A stretch of DNA of 63,684 nucleotides, filler included. It is 10 parts of 10 records of this genome, joined end to end, with 100 filler letters (N's around TTAATTAATTAA, not from the genome) between each part and the next. Parts side by side here need not be neighbours in the genome. Positions count along the whole stretch, not along the records: positions 50,116 to 55,505 come from SRR31147125_114111; positions 55,606 to 63,684 come from SRR31147125_114253; 8 more parts are not named here. One strand, given 5' to 3'. The position numbers and the translations under genes were made by a program. The notes beneath the pieces are model-generated. The model was not told where the DNA came from. It did no database searches and saw nothing but the letters and a program-made list of their open reading frames with translations. Every line of letters starts with the position of its first letter. Position 1 is the first letter of the stretch. This document shows positions 53,831 to 63,684 of this stretch, piece after piece.

Positions 53831-54930
53831 TACTTTTTGCTTTCTCCCTGTATCTTCTCTTCTATCAGCAAGAGGTTGTTTTTCAAGCGCTCGTCTCTCG
53901 GGTTTTTTTGGACTGCTAATAAAGCAAGTCCATATGACTTTTGATACAACCCCAGCCAATAGCATGCAATAGCTCCCAAATCGAATAACGTATGATCCCA
54001 GCTTGATTCCTCTGTTAAATAAGACACAGGTTTTTCCTTTATTTTCAAAGCTTCTTCAACCATCAAATATACGAGCGGCCAATTGCGCAGTTGATATCCC
54101 AGCCGAGCCATTTCCGTATACGGTTCTCTGACTGCCGGGCATGCTGCAATTGCCCTGAATAACCACTTTTTAGCTTCTTCAATACTGTCTTTCTCCTTAA
54201 AGCATCTTGCAATATAGCGCATAGAAGCACAGCGCTCCTGATCCCAAACTGCAGTCTTCAGGGAAAGATGCTCCTTTAAAGTCTCAATACACCGGTCATA
54301 TTGTCCGTAAAACATGTACTCTCTGCCCAGCCAGAATACCGTGCTGCTGTCGTCAGGGTTTTCTTTTCTGGACAGCTCCAGCAGCAGCAGATATTGCCCT
54401 CTGGATTTCTTCGGGTCAGGAAAGTGATTCAATTGAATTTTCGGTGCGTACGATATCATTTCAGGTTGATTCCCATAATACTGGAGCACCTCATGGATGG
54501 GATGGACCCAGCGATACTCACGCCTATTATGAATTTTCTCATACCAATACGTAGTGCCACGAGACCCGTCTTCATGAAATTGCCATGTATACATATAGCG
54601 CAGTCTCGTTGTATCCGGCGTCCACGCATTTTCAAGCAGCTCTCTCCATCCGGGTTCCAGCACCTCATCTATATCTGTGCAGACGCAGATATCAACATCA
54701 TCCGGAACGAATGAAAGAGAGATGTTCCTTGCCACATCAAACCGCCATGGTTCCACGCTGATGCTGTGGACCGCCACATTCCTTGCTTTGAGCTTTTCAA
54801 CTGTATCGTCATTCGATCCTGTATCGCACACTACGATTAAATCCGCTTCATTCATGGAATCTACCCAGCGGTCTACAAACTTCGCTTCATTTTTACATAT
54901 CGTATAAACACAAATTTTATATTTGCTCAT
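53830..54930 (-). CDS. GT2 glycosyltransferase with C-terminal TPRs
   Basis: YTICKNE, DTGSND, FDVARN, DIDE; paralog of the downstream gene. Confidence 0.9.
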   Translation of the reverse strand: MSKYKICVYTICKNEAKFVDRWVDSMNEADLIVVCDTGSNDDTVEKLKARNVAVHSISVEPWRFDVARNISLSFVPDDVDICVCTDIDEVLEPGWRELLENAWTPDTTRLRYMYTWQFHEDGSRGTTYWYEKIHNRREYRWVHPIHEVLQYYGNQPEMISYAPKIQLNHFPDPKKSRGQYLLLLELSRKENPDDSSTVFWLGREYMFYGQYDRCIETLKEHLSLKTAVWDQERCASMRYIARCFKEKDSIEEAKKWLFRAIAACPAVREPYTEMARLGYQLRNWPLVYLMVEEALKIKEKPVSYLTEESSWDHTLFDLGAIACYWLGLYQKSYGLALLAVQKNPRDERLKNNLLLIEEKIQGESKK

Positions 54931-55505
54931 ATAACCATGCCCTCTTCTTTAGATAAATTAGCAACCAGTGAAAAAAAGCTGTCAAAGCTTTTCCGCCAAC
55001 TGTTGGCGTTATGATGATAATCCGTGATTTCCACTGTCCTTTTTTGAGCATCTTTCAGCGCAAAATACGCTTCAATATTTCTCCCAATCTGGTGAAGGTA
55101 GAGCGCCTTTTCAAAATACGGCTCTCGCCGCTCTGGCATAGACAGAATATAATTATTCAGATGGCACAGCGCTTTTTCCTGCTGCTTCTGCTGCTTATAC
55201 AGATGATATTTTATTTTATAAAGATAGCCTTTATCTGAAACGCTTAGCGCAAACGCTTTTTGAATGGCGTCATCTGCATCCTGATATCTGCCGACCCCGA
55301 TATATTCATTCGCCAGGAAGCTCCAAGTCTTCCATACATCCGGACGCTCCTTAGCCGATTGTTCAAGCATAGGCAGGTAGGATGTACGGGGTTTGCTCAA
55401 ATCAGGTTCATGATATATCCAAAAATCATCCAGCCAGCAAATCGTCTCAGCCTCTTTATACTCCAATATTTCGTGCACAGGCAGTTTCCACACATACCCT
55501 TTTTC
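54927..55505 (-). CDS. TPR glycosyltransferase paralog, C-terminal part
   Basis: WKLPVHE, HEPDLSKPRTSYL, REPY; 5' truncated. Confidence 0.75.
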   Translation of the reverse strand, partial: EKGYVWKLPVHEILEYKEAETICWLDDFWIYHEPDLSKPRTSYLPMLEQSAKERPDVWKTWSFLANEYIGVGRYQDADDAIQKAFALSVSDKGYLYKIKYHLYKQQKQQEKALCHLNNYILSMPERREPYFEKALYLHQIGRNIEAYFALKDAQKRTVEITDYHHNANSWRKSFDSFFSLVANLSKEEGMVI

Positions 55506-55606
55506 NNNNNNNNNNNNNNNNNNNNNNNNNNNNNNNNNNNNNNNNNNNNTTAATTAATTAANNNNNNNNNNNNNNNNNNNNNNNNNNNNNNNNNNNNNNN
55601 NNNNNG

Positions 55607-56611
55607 CGGCTCAACCTGGCCAAACGGATCGGCGAACTCAAGAAAGACAGCGGCAACCGGGTGGTCGACAGCACACGGGAAAGCGAGATCCTTAGGCGCT
55701 TGACCGCCCGCAACAAGGGGCCGCTCAACCCCACCGTGTTGCATCATATTTTCATCGACATCATTGCCGCGGCACGGGCGATCCAGGCCTCGCAGCGGGT
55801 GGCCTATCTGGGGCCCGAGGCGACCTTCACTCACCTGGCGGCCACCAGTCATTTCGGTTATTCCGTCACCTACGTGCCCCAACCCAGTATCCGTGAGATT
55901 TTCAGCGAGGTGGAAAAGGGTGCCTGCGATTATGGGGTGGTGCCGGTGGAAAACTCCGTGGAGGGGTCGGTGCGCCATACCCTGGATCTGTTTTTCGAAT
56001 CGGATCTGTTCATCTGCGCCGAGCGCTACCAGCCGGTTTCCTATGATCTGTTGGCCCAGGAAATCAGCTTGGGCGCGATTCAGACGGTATTTGCCCACTC
56101 CTCCGCCTTGAATCAATGCCGCACCTGGCTCAACCAGTACCTTCCGGCCGCTGAGCTGAAAGAGTGCAGCTCCAGCGCCTTTGCCGTGGATCAGGCGATC
56201 AATTCCAATGGCGTGGCGGCCATTGCCGGCGGCGGCACGGCGGCCCTTTTCGGTCTGGAGGCGGCGGCTTCCAAAATCGAGGACTTTTCACGTCCGCCCA
56301 CGCGGTTTCTGGTTATCGGCAAGGAGCGGGTCCGGCCGTCGGGCAAGGACAAGACCTCGCTGATGTTTGCCCTGGCCCATGTGCCCGGTGCCCTGGCCGG
56401 TGCCCTGGCGCCGATCACCGAAGCGTCGATCAACCTGCTCAAGATCGAATCGCGTCCCACCCGGCACGAAAGCTGGAGCCATTTCTTTTTCATCGACCTG
56501 GAAGGGCACCTTGAAGACGGCAGTATCCAGAAAGCCATCGACATGATCCGGCCGCACGCCCTGTATCTTAAGAACCTGGGCTCCTATCCCATGCTCGGCC
56601 AGGGAGTGTGA
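55607..56611 (+). CDS. pheA: Chorismate mutase/prephenate dehydratase (P-protein), 5' truncated
   Basis: RIGELKK...DSTRE CM domain, YLGPEATFT, PVENSVEG, TRF, ACT domain IESRP. Confidence 0.92.
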   Translation, partial: RLNLAKRIGELKKDSGNRVVDSTRESEILRRLTARNKGPLNPTVLHHIFIDIIAAARAIQASQRVAYLGPEATFTHLAATSHFGYSVTYVPQPSIREIFSEVEKGACDYGVVPVENSVEGSVRHTLDLFFESDLFICAERYQPVSYDLLAQEISLGAIQTVFAHSSALNQCRTWLNQYLPAAELKECSSSAFAVDQAINSNGVAAIAGGGTAALFGLEAAASKIEDFSRPPTRFLVIGKERVRPSGKDKTSLMFALAHVPGALAGALAPITEASINLLKIESRPTRHESWSHFFFIDLEGHLEDGSIQKAIDMIRPHALYLKNLGSYPMLGQGV

Positions 56612-57456
56612 CCATGACAATCACAGACGGTCGATTGTCCATCGGCACTCAAACCCGGCTTTTTTGTGTAATCGGCGATCCGATCGCCCACAGCCTCAGC
56701 CCGGTCATGTTGAATGCAGCCTTTCGTCAAGCGGGCGTCGACGCGGTGTATGCGGCCTTTCAGGTCAAGGACCTGCCCGCTGCCGTGGCCGGATTCCGTG
56801 CATTGGGTGTCGGCGGCATCAGCGTCACCATCCCCCACAAGGTTCCCATCATGGACCTTTTGGATGAGGTGGAGCCGGAGGCCCGCAAGATCGGCGCGGT
56901 CAACTCCATCGTCAACCAGGGCGGGCGCCTTGTGGGTTTCAATTCGGATAGCCCGGGTGCCACCGGAGCCCTGCTGGAAAAGACGGCCATTGCCGGAAAA
57001 CGGGTGGCCGTGATCGGTGCCGGTGGCGCGGCCCGGGCCATGGCCCACGGCATTCGCAACAACGGGGGACGGGTCACGATCGTCAACCGCAGTGAAGCAA
57101 GGGGACGCCGGCTGGCCGACGAGATGGACGGCGAATTCTGTCCGCTGGACGGTTTCAAGGGCACCGGATTCCACATTCTGGTCAATACCACGTCGGTGGG
57201 CATGTCGCCGGATACCGACCGCATGCCGGTGTCCCGTGACTGCCTGAGTCCGGCAATGACCGTCATGGATATCGTATACAATCCGCTGGAAACCAAACTG
57301 CTCCGGTCGGCCCGGGAATCCGGCTGTACGGTGGTGGACGGGGTGGCCATGTTCGTCCACCAGGGCGCGATCCAGTTCCAGCGCTGGACCGAAAAACAAG
57401 CGCCCGTGGAGCTGATGAAAATGATTGTCCTCAATGCGTTGGCCGGCGCATCGTAA
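56608..57456 (+). CDS. aroE: Shikimate dehydrogenase
   Basis: HSLSP, VTIPHK, GAVNS, GAGGAA, DIVYNP. Confidence 0.95.
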   Translation: MTMTITDGRLSIGTQTRLFCVIGDPIAHSLSPVMLNAAFRQAGVDAVYAAFQVKDLPAAVAGFRALGVGGISVTIPHKVPIMDLLDEVEPEARKIGAVNSIVNQGGRLVGFNSDSPGATGALLEKTAIAGKRVAVIGAGGAARAMAHGIRNNGGRVTIVNRSEARGRRLADEMDGEFCPLDGFKGTGFHILVNTTSVGMSPDTDRMPVSRDCLSPAMTVMDIVYNPLETKLLRSARESGCTVVDGVAMFVHQGAIQFQRWTEKQAPVELMKMIVLNALAGAS

Positions 57457-57518
57457 CGGCTTCGTCAACTGTTTAGAGGCGCTAACCACCGGCATCGTCC
57501 GGACCAGGATTAAACGAA

Positions 57519-58776
57519 ATGATAGAAATCACCCCCCATCGCATCGGCCACTGCAGGATCAGCGTGCCGGGTTCCAAAAGCTACACTCACCGCACATTGA
57601 TTGCCGCGGCCCTGGCTGATGGTGCCTGCAGGGTGCAAAACCCCTGCGCAGCCAGGATACCCTTTTGACCCTCGCCGCCCTGGAAAAAATGGGCGCAATA
57701 GTCGACGACCGTGAAACGATCATCGAGATCCAGGGCCGGGGGCGCTTCACCCCCTGCCCGGACGATATTTATCTGGCCAATTCAGGGACGTCCATGCGCC
57801 TTCTGGCCGGGGTGGCGGCCCTGGGTCAAGGCACCTACACGCTCACCGGCACCCCACGCATGTACCACCGGCCCATCGGTCACCTGCTGGAGGCGCTCGT
57901 CCAACTGGGCATCGACGCAAGGGCGCTGGAAGACAGCGGCTGCCCGCCGGTCGCGATCCCGGGGGGCAGGTCGCGGGCGATGCGGTGACGATCAACTGTA
58001 GTGTAAGCAGCCAGTTTCTCTCCTCGCTCCTGCTCATGGCGCCATGCACCGAAAAAGGCCTGTCCATTACGGTTTCCCATGGGCCGGTATCGCGTCCCTA
58101 TGTGGACATGACCGTGGACATTCTGTCCAGATTCGGTATCGATGTCCGGCGGGACGGATACACCCGTTTTGACGTGGCTGGCGGCCAGACCTACCGGGCC
58201 GGTGACTACGCCGTGGAGCCGGATGCCTCCCAGGCCGGTTATTTCTGGGGCGCGGCGGCCATCACCGGCGGCAGCGTGACGGTTGACGGTGTCTCCACCG
58301 CCTCCAGCCAGGGGGATGTGGGACTGGCCCGGGTGTTTGAACGGATGGGATGCCGGGTGGATGAGGATGCGAATGGGATCACGGTTACCGGCGGACCGCT
58401 TACGGCCGTGACCGTGGACATGGCCGACATGCCCGACATGGTGCCCACCCTGGCGGTGGTGGCGGCCTTTGCCGAGGGCACCACGGTGATCGAAAATGTC
58501 GCCCATCTCAAGGCCAAGGAGAGCGATCGGCTGACCGCCACCTGCAACGGGCTGAAGAAAATGGGGGTTACCGCCGTGGCCGAGGCCGACCGGTTGTTGG
58601 TAACAGGCGGGGGCGCCCATGGGGCAACCATCGACACCTATGACGACCATCGTATGGCCATGAGTTTTGCCATGGCGGGACTGGTGGTGCCAGATATTCG
58701 TATCGAGGACCCGGACTGTGTGCAAAAATCTTTTCCCACCTTTTGGGAGGTGTGGAAAACCCTTAACGCCGGATGA
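57519..58776 (+). CDS. aroA: EPSP synthase (two homopolymer indels, near 57643 and 57965)
   Basis: PGSKSYTHR, NSGTSMR, SSQFLS, KESDR, DDHRMAM, KSFP across three frames. Confidence 0.92.
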
Positions 58777-59306
58777 GGCGCCCCATGAATGTGTTTCTCA
58801 TCGGATATCGTTGCACGGGAAAGACAACCGTGGGCCGGGCCCTGGCCCGGCGGCTGGGGTGGACCTTCGTGGATACCGACACGCTGGTCGTCGACGCCGC
58901 CGGAACCAGCATCGCCCGCATGGTCGAGATACACGGGTGGTCCTATTTTCGCCAGCTTGAGCGGCAGACCGTGGTGTCGGTGGCCGCCGGTAACGACCAG
59001 GTGGTGGCCACCGGCGGCGGCGTGGTGTTGGATGATCGCAATATAACCGCCATGCGGCACGCCGGCCAGGTGGTCTGGCTGATGGCCGACGAGGCGACCA
59101 TCGCCAAACGCATGCTGGCCGACGAGACGACGCAATCGAACCGGCCCTCGCTTACCGATCAGGGGTACATCGCGGAAATCCGTCAGGTTTTGGCCGAACG
59201 ACGACCCCGTTATGAAAAAGCGGCGGATCTATCGATTGCCACGGATGGTGCGCCTATCGTGGAAATTTGTGACCGGATTTTACAAAAAACCGGTCTTCCG
59301 GATTAA
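58773..59306 (+). CDS. aroK: Shikimate kinase
   Basis: GYRCTGKTT, DTD, ATGGG. Confidence 0.92.
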   Translation: MRRPMNVFLIGYRCTGKTTVGRALARRLGWTFVDTDTLVVDAAGTSIARMVEIHGWSYFRQLERQTVVSVAAGNDQVVATGGGVVLDDRNITAMRHAGQVVWLMADEATIAKRMLADETTQSNRPSLTDQGYIAEIRQVLAERRPRYEKAADLSIATDGAPIVEICDRILQKTGLPD

Positions 59307-59349
59307 TTGAATGACGAACCCAATGAACTGAAAGAACAGGAAAACAATC

Positions 59350-60462
59350 ATGTCCAGTAGCTTCGGAACCCTGCTCAAAGTTTCCACTTTTGGTGAGTCC
59401 CATTGCAAGGGCGTGGGCGCCATTCTCGACGGCTGCCCGCCAGGCATGCCCCTCGACGAGGATGACATCCAGCCGCAGTTGGACCGGCGTCGGCCAGGCC
59501 AGAGCAAGCTGACCACGGATCGCCAGGAAAGCGACCGCGTGACGATTCTTTCCGGCGTGGAAAAGGGCGTCACCCTGGGAACCCCCATCGGTTTTCTCGT
59601 GCCCAATAAGGATCAGCGGCCCGGCGACTACCGTGATATGAGCAAGATCCCCCGGCCGTCGCATGCCGACTATACCTATCAGATGAAATACGGCATACGG
59701 GCGTCATCCGGCGGTGGCCGGTCCAGCGCCCGGGAGACCATCGGCCGCGTGGCCGCCGGCGCGGTGGCGGAAAAGATGCTGCGGCTGGCCTATGGGGTGG
59801 AGATCGTCGCCTGGGTCAGTGCGGTGAACGAGATATCGGCGGCCGAAATGGATGAACTGACCATCGCCCGGAACATCGTCGACCGGAATCCCATGCGCTG
59901 CCCGGATGCCGAGGCCGCGGCACGCATGGCAGACCTGGTGGCGCGGGTCAAGGAACAAAAAGACAGTGTCGGGGGCATCGTTACCTGCGTATGCCGCCAG
60001 GTGCCGGCCGGATGGGGTGATCCGGTGTTCGACAAGCTCGAAGCCCGGTTGGCCCAGGCCATGTTGTCCATCCCCGCCACCAAGGGATTCGAGATTGGCT
60101 CGGGGTTTGCCGGCACGCGCCTGAAAGGATCCGTGCACAACGATCCCTTCGTGGCGGCCGAGGGGCGGCTGGCAACCCTGACCAACAACAGCGGCGGTAT
60201 TCAGGGAGGCATATCCAATGGCGAGGCGATCGTCTTCCGGGTGGCCTTCAAGCCGCCGGCGACCATCGGCCTGCCCCAACCAACCGTGGATTTCGACGGC
60301 AACCCGGTGGTCCTGGAGGCCAAGGGGCGCCACGATCCTTGCGTGGTGCCGCGCGCCGTACCCATCGTGGAAACCATGGCCGCCCTGGTATTGGGGGATG
60401 AGGCCCTTCGGCAACGGGCGATCGCGGGATTGGGGCAGCTAATAAAAAATGTTGACCGATGA
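59350..60462 (+). CDS. aroC: Chorismate synthase
   Basis: FGESH, RPSHAD, RSSARET, GRHDPCV. Confidence 0.97.
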   Translation: MSSSFGTLLKVSTFGESHCKGVGAILDGCPPGMPLDEDDIQPQLDRRRPGQSKLTTDRQESDRVTILSGVEKGVTLGTPIGFLVPNKDQRPGDYRDMSKIPRPSHADYTYQMKYGIRASSGGGRSSARETIGRVAAGAVAEKMLRLAYGVEIVAWVSAVNEISAAEMDELTIARNIVDRNPMRCPDAEAAARMADLVARVKEQKDSVGGIVTCVCRQVPAGWGDPVFDKLEARLAQAMLSIPATKGFEIGSGFAGTRLKGSVHNDPFVAAEGRLATLTNNSGGIQGGISNGEAIVFRVAFKPPATIGLPQPTVDFDGNPVVLEAKGRHDPCVVPRAVPIVETMAALVLGDEALRQRAIAGLGQLIKNVDR

Positions 60463-60580
60463 ATTTTTAACGTTGAATCAAGGATGGTGGCCATTTGTAA
60501 CGGGACAGGATGCAACCATCTAAAATTTATCATGAAAAATTATCAAGTAGCGATTTTTCGATCTGGAAAGTGAGACGTAT

Positions 60581-61710
60581 TTGAGACTATCCACACGCAT
60601 TCAAGCGATCGAAGACTCCAAGACCGCGCGCTTTATCCCCCTGATGGCCAAGCTCAGGCAAAAGGGGCGTCAGGTGATCAGCCTGGCCATCGGCGAGCCA
60701 GAATTTGATACGCCGGATCCGGTGATCGAGGCCACCAAGCTGGCCCTGGACCGCCAAGCGACCCGTTACAGTGAAATCCCCGGACTGCCCGCCCTTCGCG
60801 AGGCCCTGGCCGACCGTTTTGCCGGCTGCAGCGCGGAAAACATCGTGGTTTTCAATGGGTCCAAGCAGGCCTTGTACACGATCTTCCAGGCCATCTGTGA
60901 TCCCGGCGATTCGGTGATTATTCCCGTCCCCTGCTGGGTGAGTTTCTCCGAGCAGGTGAAGATGGCCGGTGGCCGGCCGGTAATGGTTCCCACCCGGGAT
61001 CACCAGCTGGACGTTGATGCCATGGCGGCGGCGATTACCGACCGCACGCGGGCCATCCTCATCAATTCGCCCAACAACCCAACCGGTGCGGTTTATCCGC
61101 GCCAGGATCTGGAGCGCATCGCCGGGTTGGCCGTCCAGAAGGATCTTTTTCTGGTGGCCGACGAGGCCTATGACTTTTTCGTTTACGATGACGTTCCTGG
61201 CCTCTCTCTCTTCGATCTGCCAGAGATCCGGGATCGACTCATCGTCACCCGTAGCTTTTCCAAGCACTTTGCCATGACCGGTTTCCGTCTGGGTTATACG
61301 GTCGCGCCGCCGGCGTTGACCGAGGCCATGGTCCGGCTGCATAGCCACACCACCGGCAACGTCTGTACCTTTGCCCAGCATGGTGCCCTGGCGGCTCTTT
61401 CCATGGATAATGACCTGCTGGTCCGGCGGCGGGCCGAGCTTCAGCGAAAACGCGATCTGGCCGTCGAGCAGGTGGTTGACCTTTTCCCTGCATCCGGCCC
61501 CAGGGTGCCTTTTATCTTTTCCCGGACGTTTCCGGTCATCTGCGCCCCGGTGAGACGTCGGGTGATTTCGCGGCTCGGATTTTAGAGCAAACCGGCGTCG
61601 CCGTTGTTCCGGGCGAGGATTTTGGCCAGGGTGGTCATGTACGCATTTGCTTCGCAGCGCCGGAAGCACAGTTGTTGGAAGCATTCAAAAGAATTCGTGA
61701 GGTATTATGA
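60581..61710 (+). CDS. Class I PLP aminotransferase (indel near 61487)
   Basis: GEPEF, GSKQAL, NSPNNPTG, DEAY, SFSKHFAMTGFRLG; shifted frame continues PQGAFY...VRIC. Confidence 0.9.
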
Positions 61711-62438
61711 GCGGTATTGGTATTATTGGTTTCGGGCGCTTCGGCCAGCTTGTCGCGCGTTATCTGGCCAAGGATTTTCCCGTTGTGGTGCATACGCGCA
61801 GTGATAAAGACCAGGCCATCCGCGTCTGCGGTGCCCGGCCGGTCTCCTTTGAAACCGCTTGTGAACAGAAGATCGTGATTCTGTGCATGCCCATCTCAGC
61901 CATGCGTGAAACCCTGAAGCAGGTGGCTCCCCTGCTCAGGCAGGATGCCCTGGTCGTGGATGTCTGCTCGGTGAAAGTGTATCCGGTGCAGTGGATGCGC
62001 GAACTGCTGCCGGCCAGCGTATCGATTCTGCCCACGCATCCCATGTTTGGGCCGGACAGCGCCGCCGATGCTTTGCAGGATCGCAAGATCGTTCTGTGCC
62101 CGGAACGGATTGCCGACGATGCATACGAGAAAATAAAATTGTGGCTGCGGCGCCAGGGGCTGGTGGTCATTCAGGCCACGGCGGACGAACATGACGAGAA
62201 GATCGCCGTGAGCCTCTCCCTGACCCATTTCATCGGCCGCTCCCTGTCGGCTTTCGGTGCCACGGACCTGGACATCGATACCGAGGGATACAAACGCCTG
62301 ATGCATATTCTAGGCGTGGTCAGCCACGACACCTGGCAGCTTTTCGAGGACATGCACACATTCAATCCCTACGCCCGGCAAAAACGTCAGGCGTTTATCG
62401 ATGCCATGACCGGCATCCATGAAAGGCTTAATCCATGA
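61707..62438 (+). CDS. tyrA: TyrA-family prephenate/arogenate dehydrogenase (short, plant-like type)
   Basis: GFGRFG, DVCSVK, THPMFGPDS, HD...LTHFIGR. Confidence 0.88.
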   Translation: MSGIGIIGFGRFGQLVARYLAKDFPVVVHTRSDKDQAIRVCGARPVSFETACEQKIVILCMPISAMRETLKQVAPLLRQDALVVDVCSVKVYPVQWMRELLPASVSILPTHPMFGPDSAADALQDRKIVLCPERIADDAYEKIKLWLRRQGLVVIQATADEHDEKIAVSLSLTHFIGRSLSAFGATDLDIDTEGYKRLMHILGVVSHDTWQLFEDMHTFNPYARQKRQAFIDAMTGIHERLNP

Positions 62439-63262
62439 GAGTCGCATTTCAGGGAATACGGGGGGCGTATAGTGAAATGGCCCTTCATGAACATTTTGGC
62501 AAAGGCGTCGAAACCGTCAGTTGCGATTCATTTGACGACGTTTTCGATGCAGTCATCAACGGCTCGGTGACCTACGGATTTATCCCGGTGGAGAATACCA
62601 TCGCCGGCACCGTGGTGGAAAACTACGATCTCTTGTTTGCCAATGACGTGTTCGTTATCGCCGAGGTGTACCTGCCCGTCCGTCACACCCTTTTGGCCAA
62701 AAATGGTGCCCGGCTGGAAGAGATCACCCAGGCCTTTTCCCATCCCCATGCATTGAAGCAGTGCAAGGACTATCTCAAGTCTCACGGCATTAAAATGATG
62801 GCCACTTACGACACCGCCGGCGCAGCCCAGGCCGTGGCTGACGGCGATGGCATGGATTGCGCTGCGATTGCCTCGGAACTGTGCGCCGAAATTTATGGCA
62901 TGCAGATTCTGGAGCGCAATATCCAGTCAAACAACTCCAACACGACTCGTTTTTTCGTTATCGCCGAAAAAGAAAACGTTCCCGCGGATCATGTCACCGG
63001 CAAAACCACCGTGGCCTTCAAGACCCGGCACTATCCCGGCGCCCTGGTGGACTGCCTGAAGATTTTTCAGAAATACAGCCTCAACCTGACCAAACTGGAA
63101 TCACGGCCGATCCCGGAAAATCCCTGGGAATATGTTTTTTACGCCGCGTTCGAGGCCGGCATCGATAGAGATGAGGTCAAATCGGCCATCGGCGAGTTAA
63201 CCCTGCATGCCGTATTCGTGAAACTGTTGGGCAGTTACCCCAAGGCGGAAAAATGCTGGTGA
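62435..63262 (+). CDS. Monofunctional prephenate/arogenate dehydratase
   Basis: FQGIRGAYSE, PVENTIAG, SHPHALKQC, NTTRF, ACT domain LTKLESRP. Confidence 0.92.
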   Translation: MRVAFQGIRGAYSEMALHEHFGKGVETVSCDSFDDVFDAVINGSVTYGFIPVENTIAGTVVENYDLLFANDVFVIAEVYLPVRHTLLAKNGARLEEITQAFSHPHALKQCKDYLKSHGIKMMATYDTAGAAQAVADGDGMDCAAIASELCAEIYGMQILERNIQSNNSNTTRFFVIAEKENVPADHVTGKTTVAFKTRHYPGALVDCLKIFQKYSLNLTKLESRPIPENPWEYVFYAAFEAGIDRDEVKSAIGELTLHAVFVKLLGSYPKAEKCW

Positions 63263-63325
63263 TGGCGCGAGCCGCCGGCTGTCATCGCTCCCAATCCGTT
63301 TTAGGCCACAACAAGGGATCGATCC

Positions 63326-63684
63326 TTGGAATTGATTAACACCCTGGCCATCGCCGTGGCCCTGGCCATGGATGCCTTTGCCGTTTCCATCGCCGCCGGC
63401 GTGACGCTCAAATCCGTCAGCCCGCGCCAGACCTTTCGCCTGGCCTGGCATTTCGGCCTGTTTCAGGCCATGATGCCCGTCTTCGGCTGGAGTGCCGGCC
63501 TGACCGTCAGAAGCCGCATCGAGGCCTACGACCACTGGGTGGCCTTCGGGCTGCTGGCTTTTGTGGCCCAGGGAATGCTGCGATCGGCGTTTAAAGGCGA
63601 ACACGATGAAGCGGCATCCAAGGACCCGACCAAGGGCATGACCATGGTGATGCTTTCCGTGGCGACCAGCATCGACGCCCTGGC
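63326..63684 (+). CDS. mntP: Manganese efflux pump MntP family, 3' truncated
   Basis: Manual translation: LAMDAFAVSI, FGLFQAMMP, DHWVAFGLL, ATSIDAL. Confidence 0.9.
   Translation, partial: MELINTLAIAVALAMDAFAVSIAAGVTLKSVSPRQTFRLAWHFGLFQAMMPVFGWSAGLTVRSRIEAYDHWVAFGLLAFVAQGMLRSAFKGEHDEAASKDPTKGMTMVMLSVATSIDAL

Noticed and set aside
29957-63262. Many long alternative-frame and antisense ORFs in GC-rich fragments (e.g. 35450-36298, 56584-57495, 60587-61684)
   Set aside because: They shadow well-supported genes, have no motifs, and are expected from high-GC codon bias.
63263-63325. yybP-ykoY Mn riboswitch before mntP
   Set aside because: Only 63 nt of intergenic space and no recognisable motif.

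Overview
This window is not one genomic locus. It is ten unrelated 5-8 kb fragments joined by nine identical artificial 100-bp spacers (N44-TTAATTAATTAA-N44), so synteny is only meaningful within a fragment. Taxonomic labels are impressions from gene content. F1 (1-6444, Desulfobacterales-like): CHAT tail, DUF4384-like protein, CHASE2 adenylate cyclase, zinc-ribbon membrane protein, YccF, HAD, esterase. F2 (6545-13420, spirochaete-like): ptb-like gene, MBL hydrolase, polA, coaE, acidic membrane-anchored protein. F3 (13521-18914, Desulfuromonadales-like): rpsB-tsf-pyrH-frr-ferredoxin-uppS-cdsA-dxr. F4 (19015-24181): eukaryotic DNA with convergent, intron-rich ZW10 and USP39/SAD1 genes. F5 (24282-29814): FapA-like, PEP-CTERM with sigma54 promoter, Nir/Sir-domain protein, MBL protein, hybrid kinase. 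F6 (29915-37964, spirochaete-like): nucleoside kinase, HD-GYP, gltX, metallophosphoesterase-rubrerythrin fusion, glyQS. F7 (38065-44626): mobA, serine hydrolase, cNMP protein, methyltransferase, DMT, gatCAB. F8 (44727-50015): sugar ABC permease, unknown glycosidase-like protein, sulfatase, two-component system. F9 (50116-55505, clostridial, AT-rich): decayed mobile region with two identically truncated yyaL 5' fragments, a resolvase remnant and three TPR glycosyltransferases. F10 (55606-63684, Desulfosarcina-like): aromatic amino acid cluster with a probable arogenate-route cassette. Many genes carry single-base homopolymer indels that look like sequencing errors. No rRNA, tRNA or CRISPR array was recognised. 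The best candidates for new biology are the yyaL-fragment repeat unit (probable site-specific cassette accretion) and the phosphoesterase-rubrerythrin fusion.
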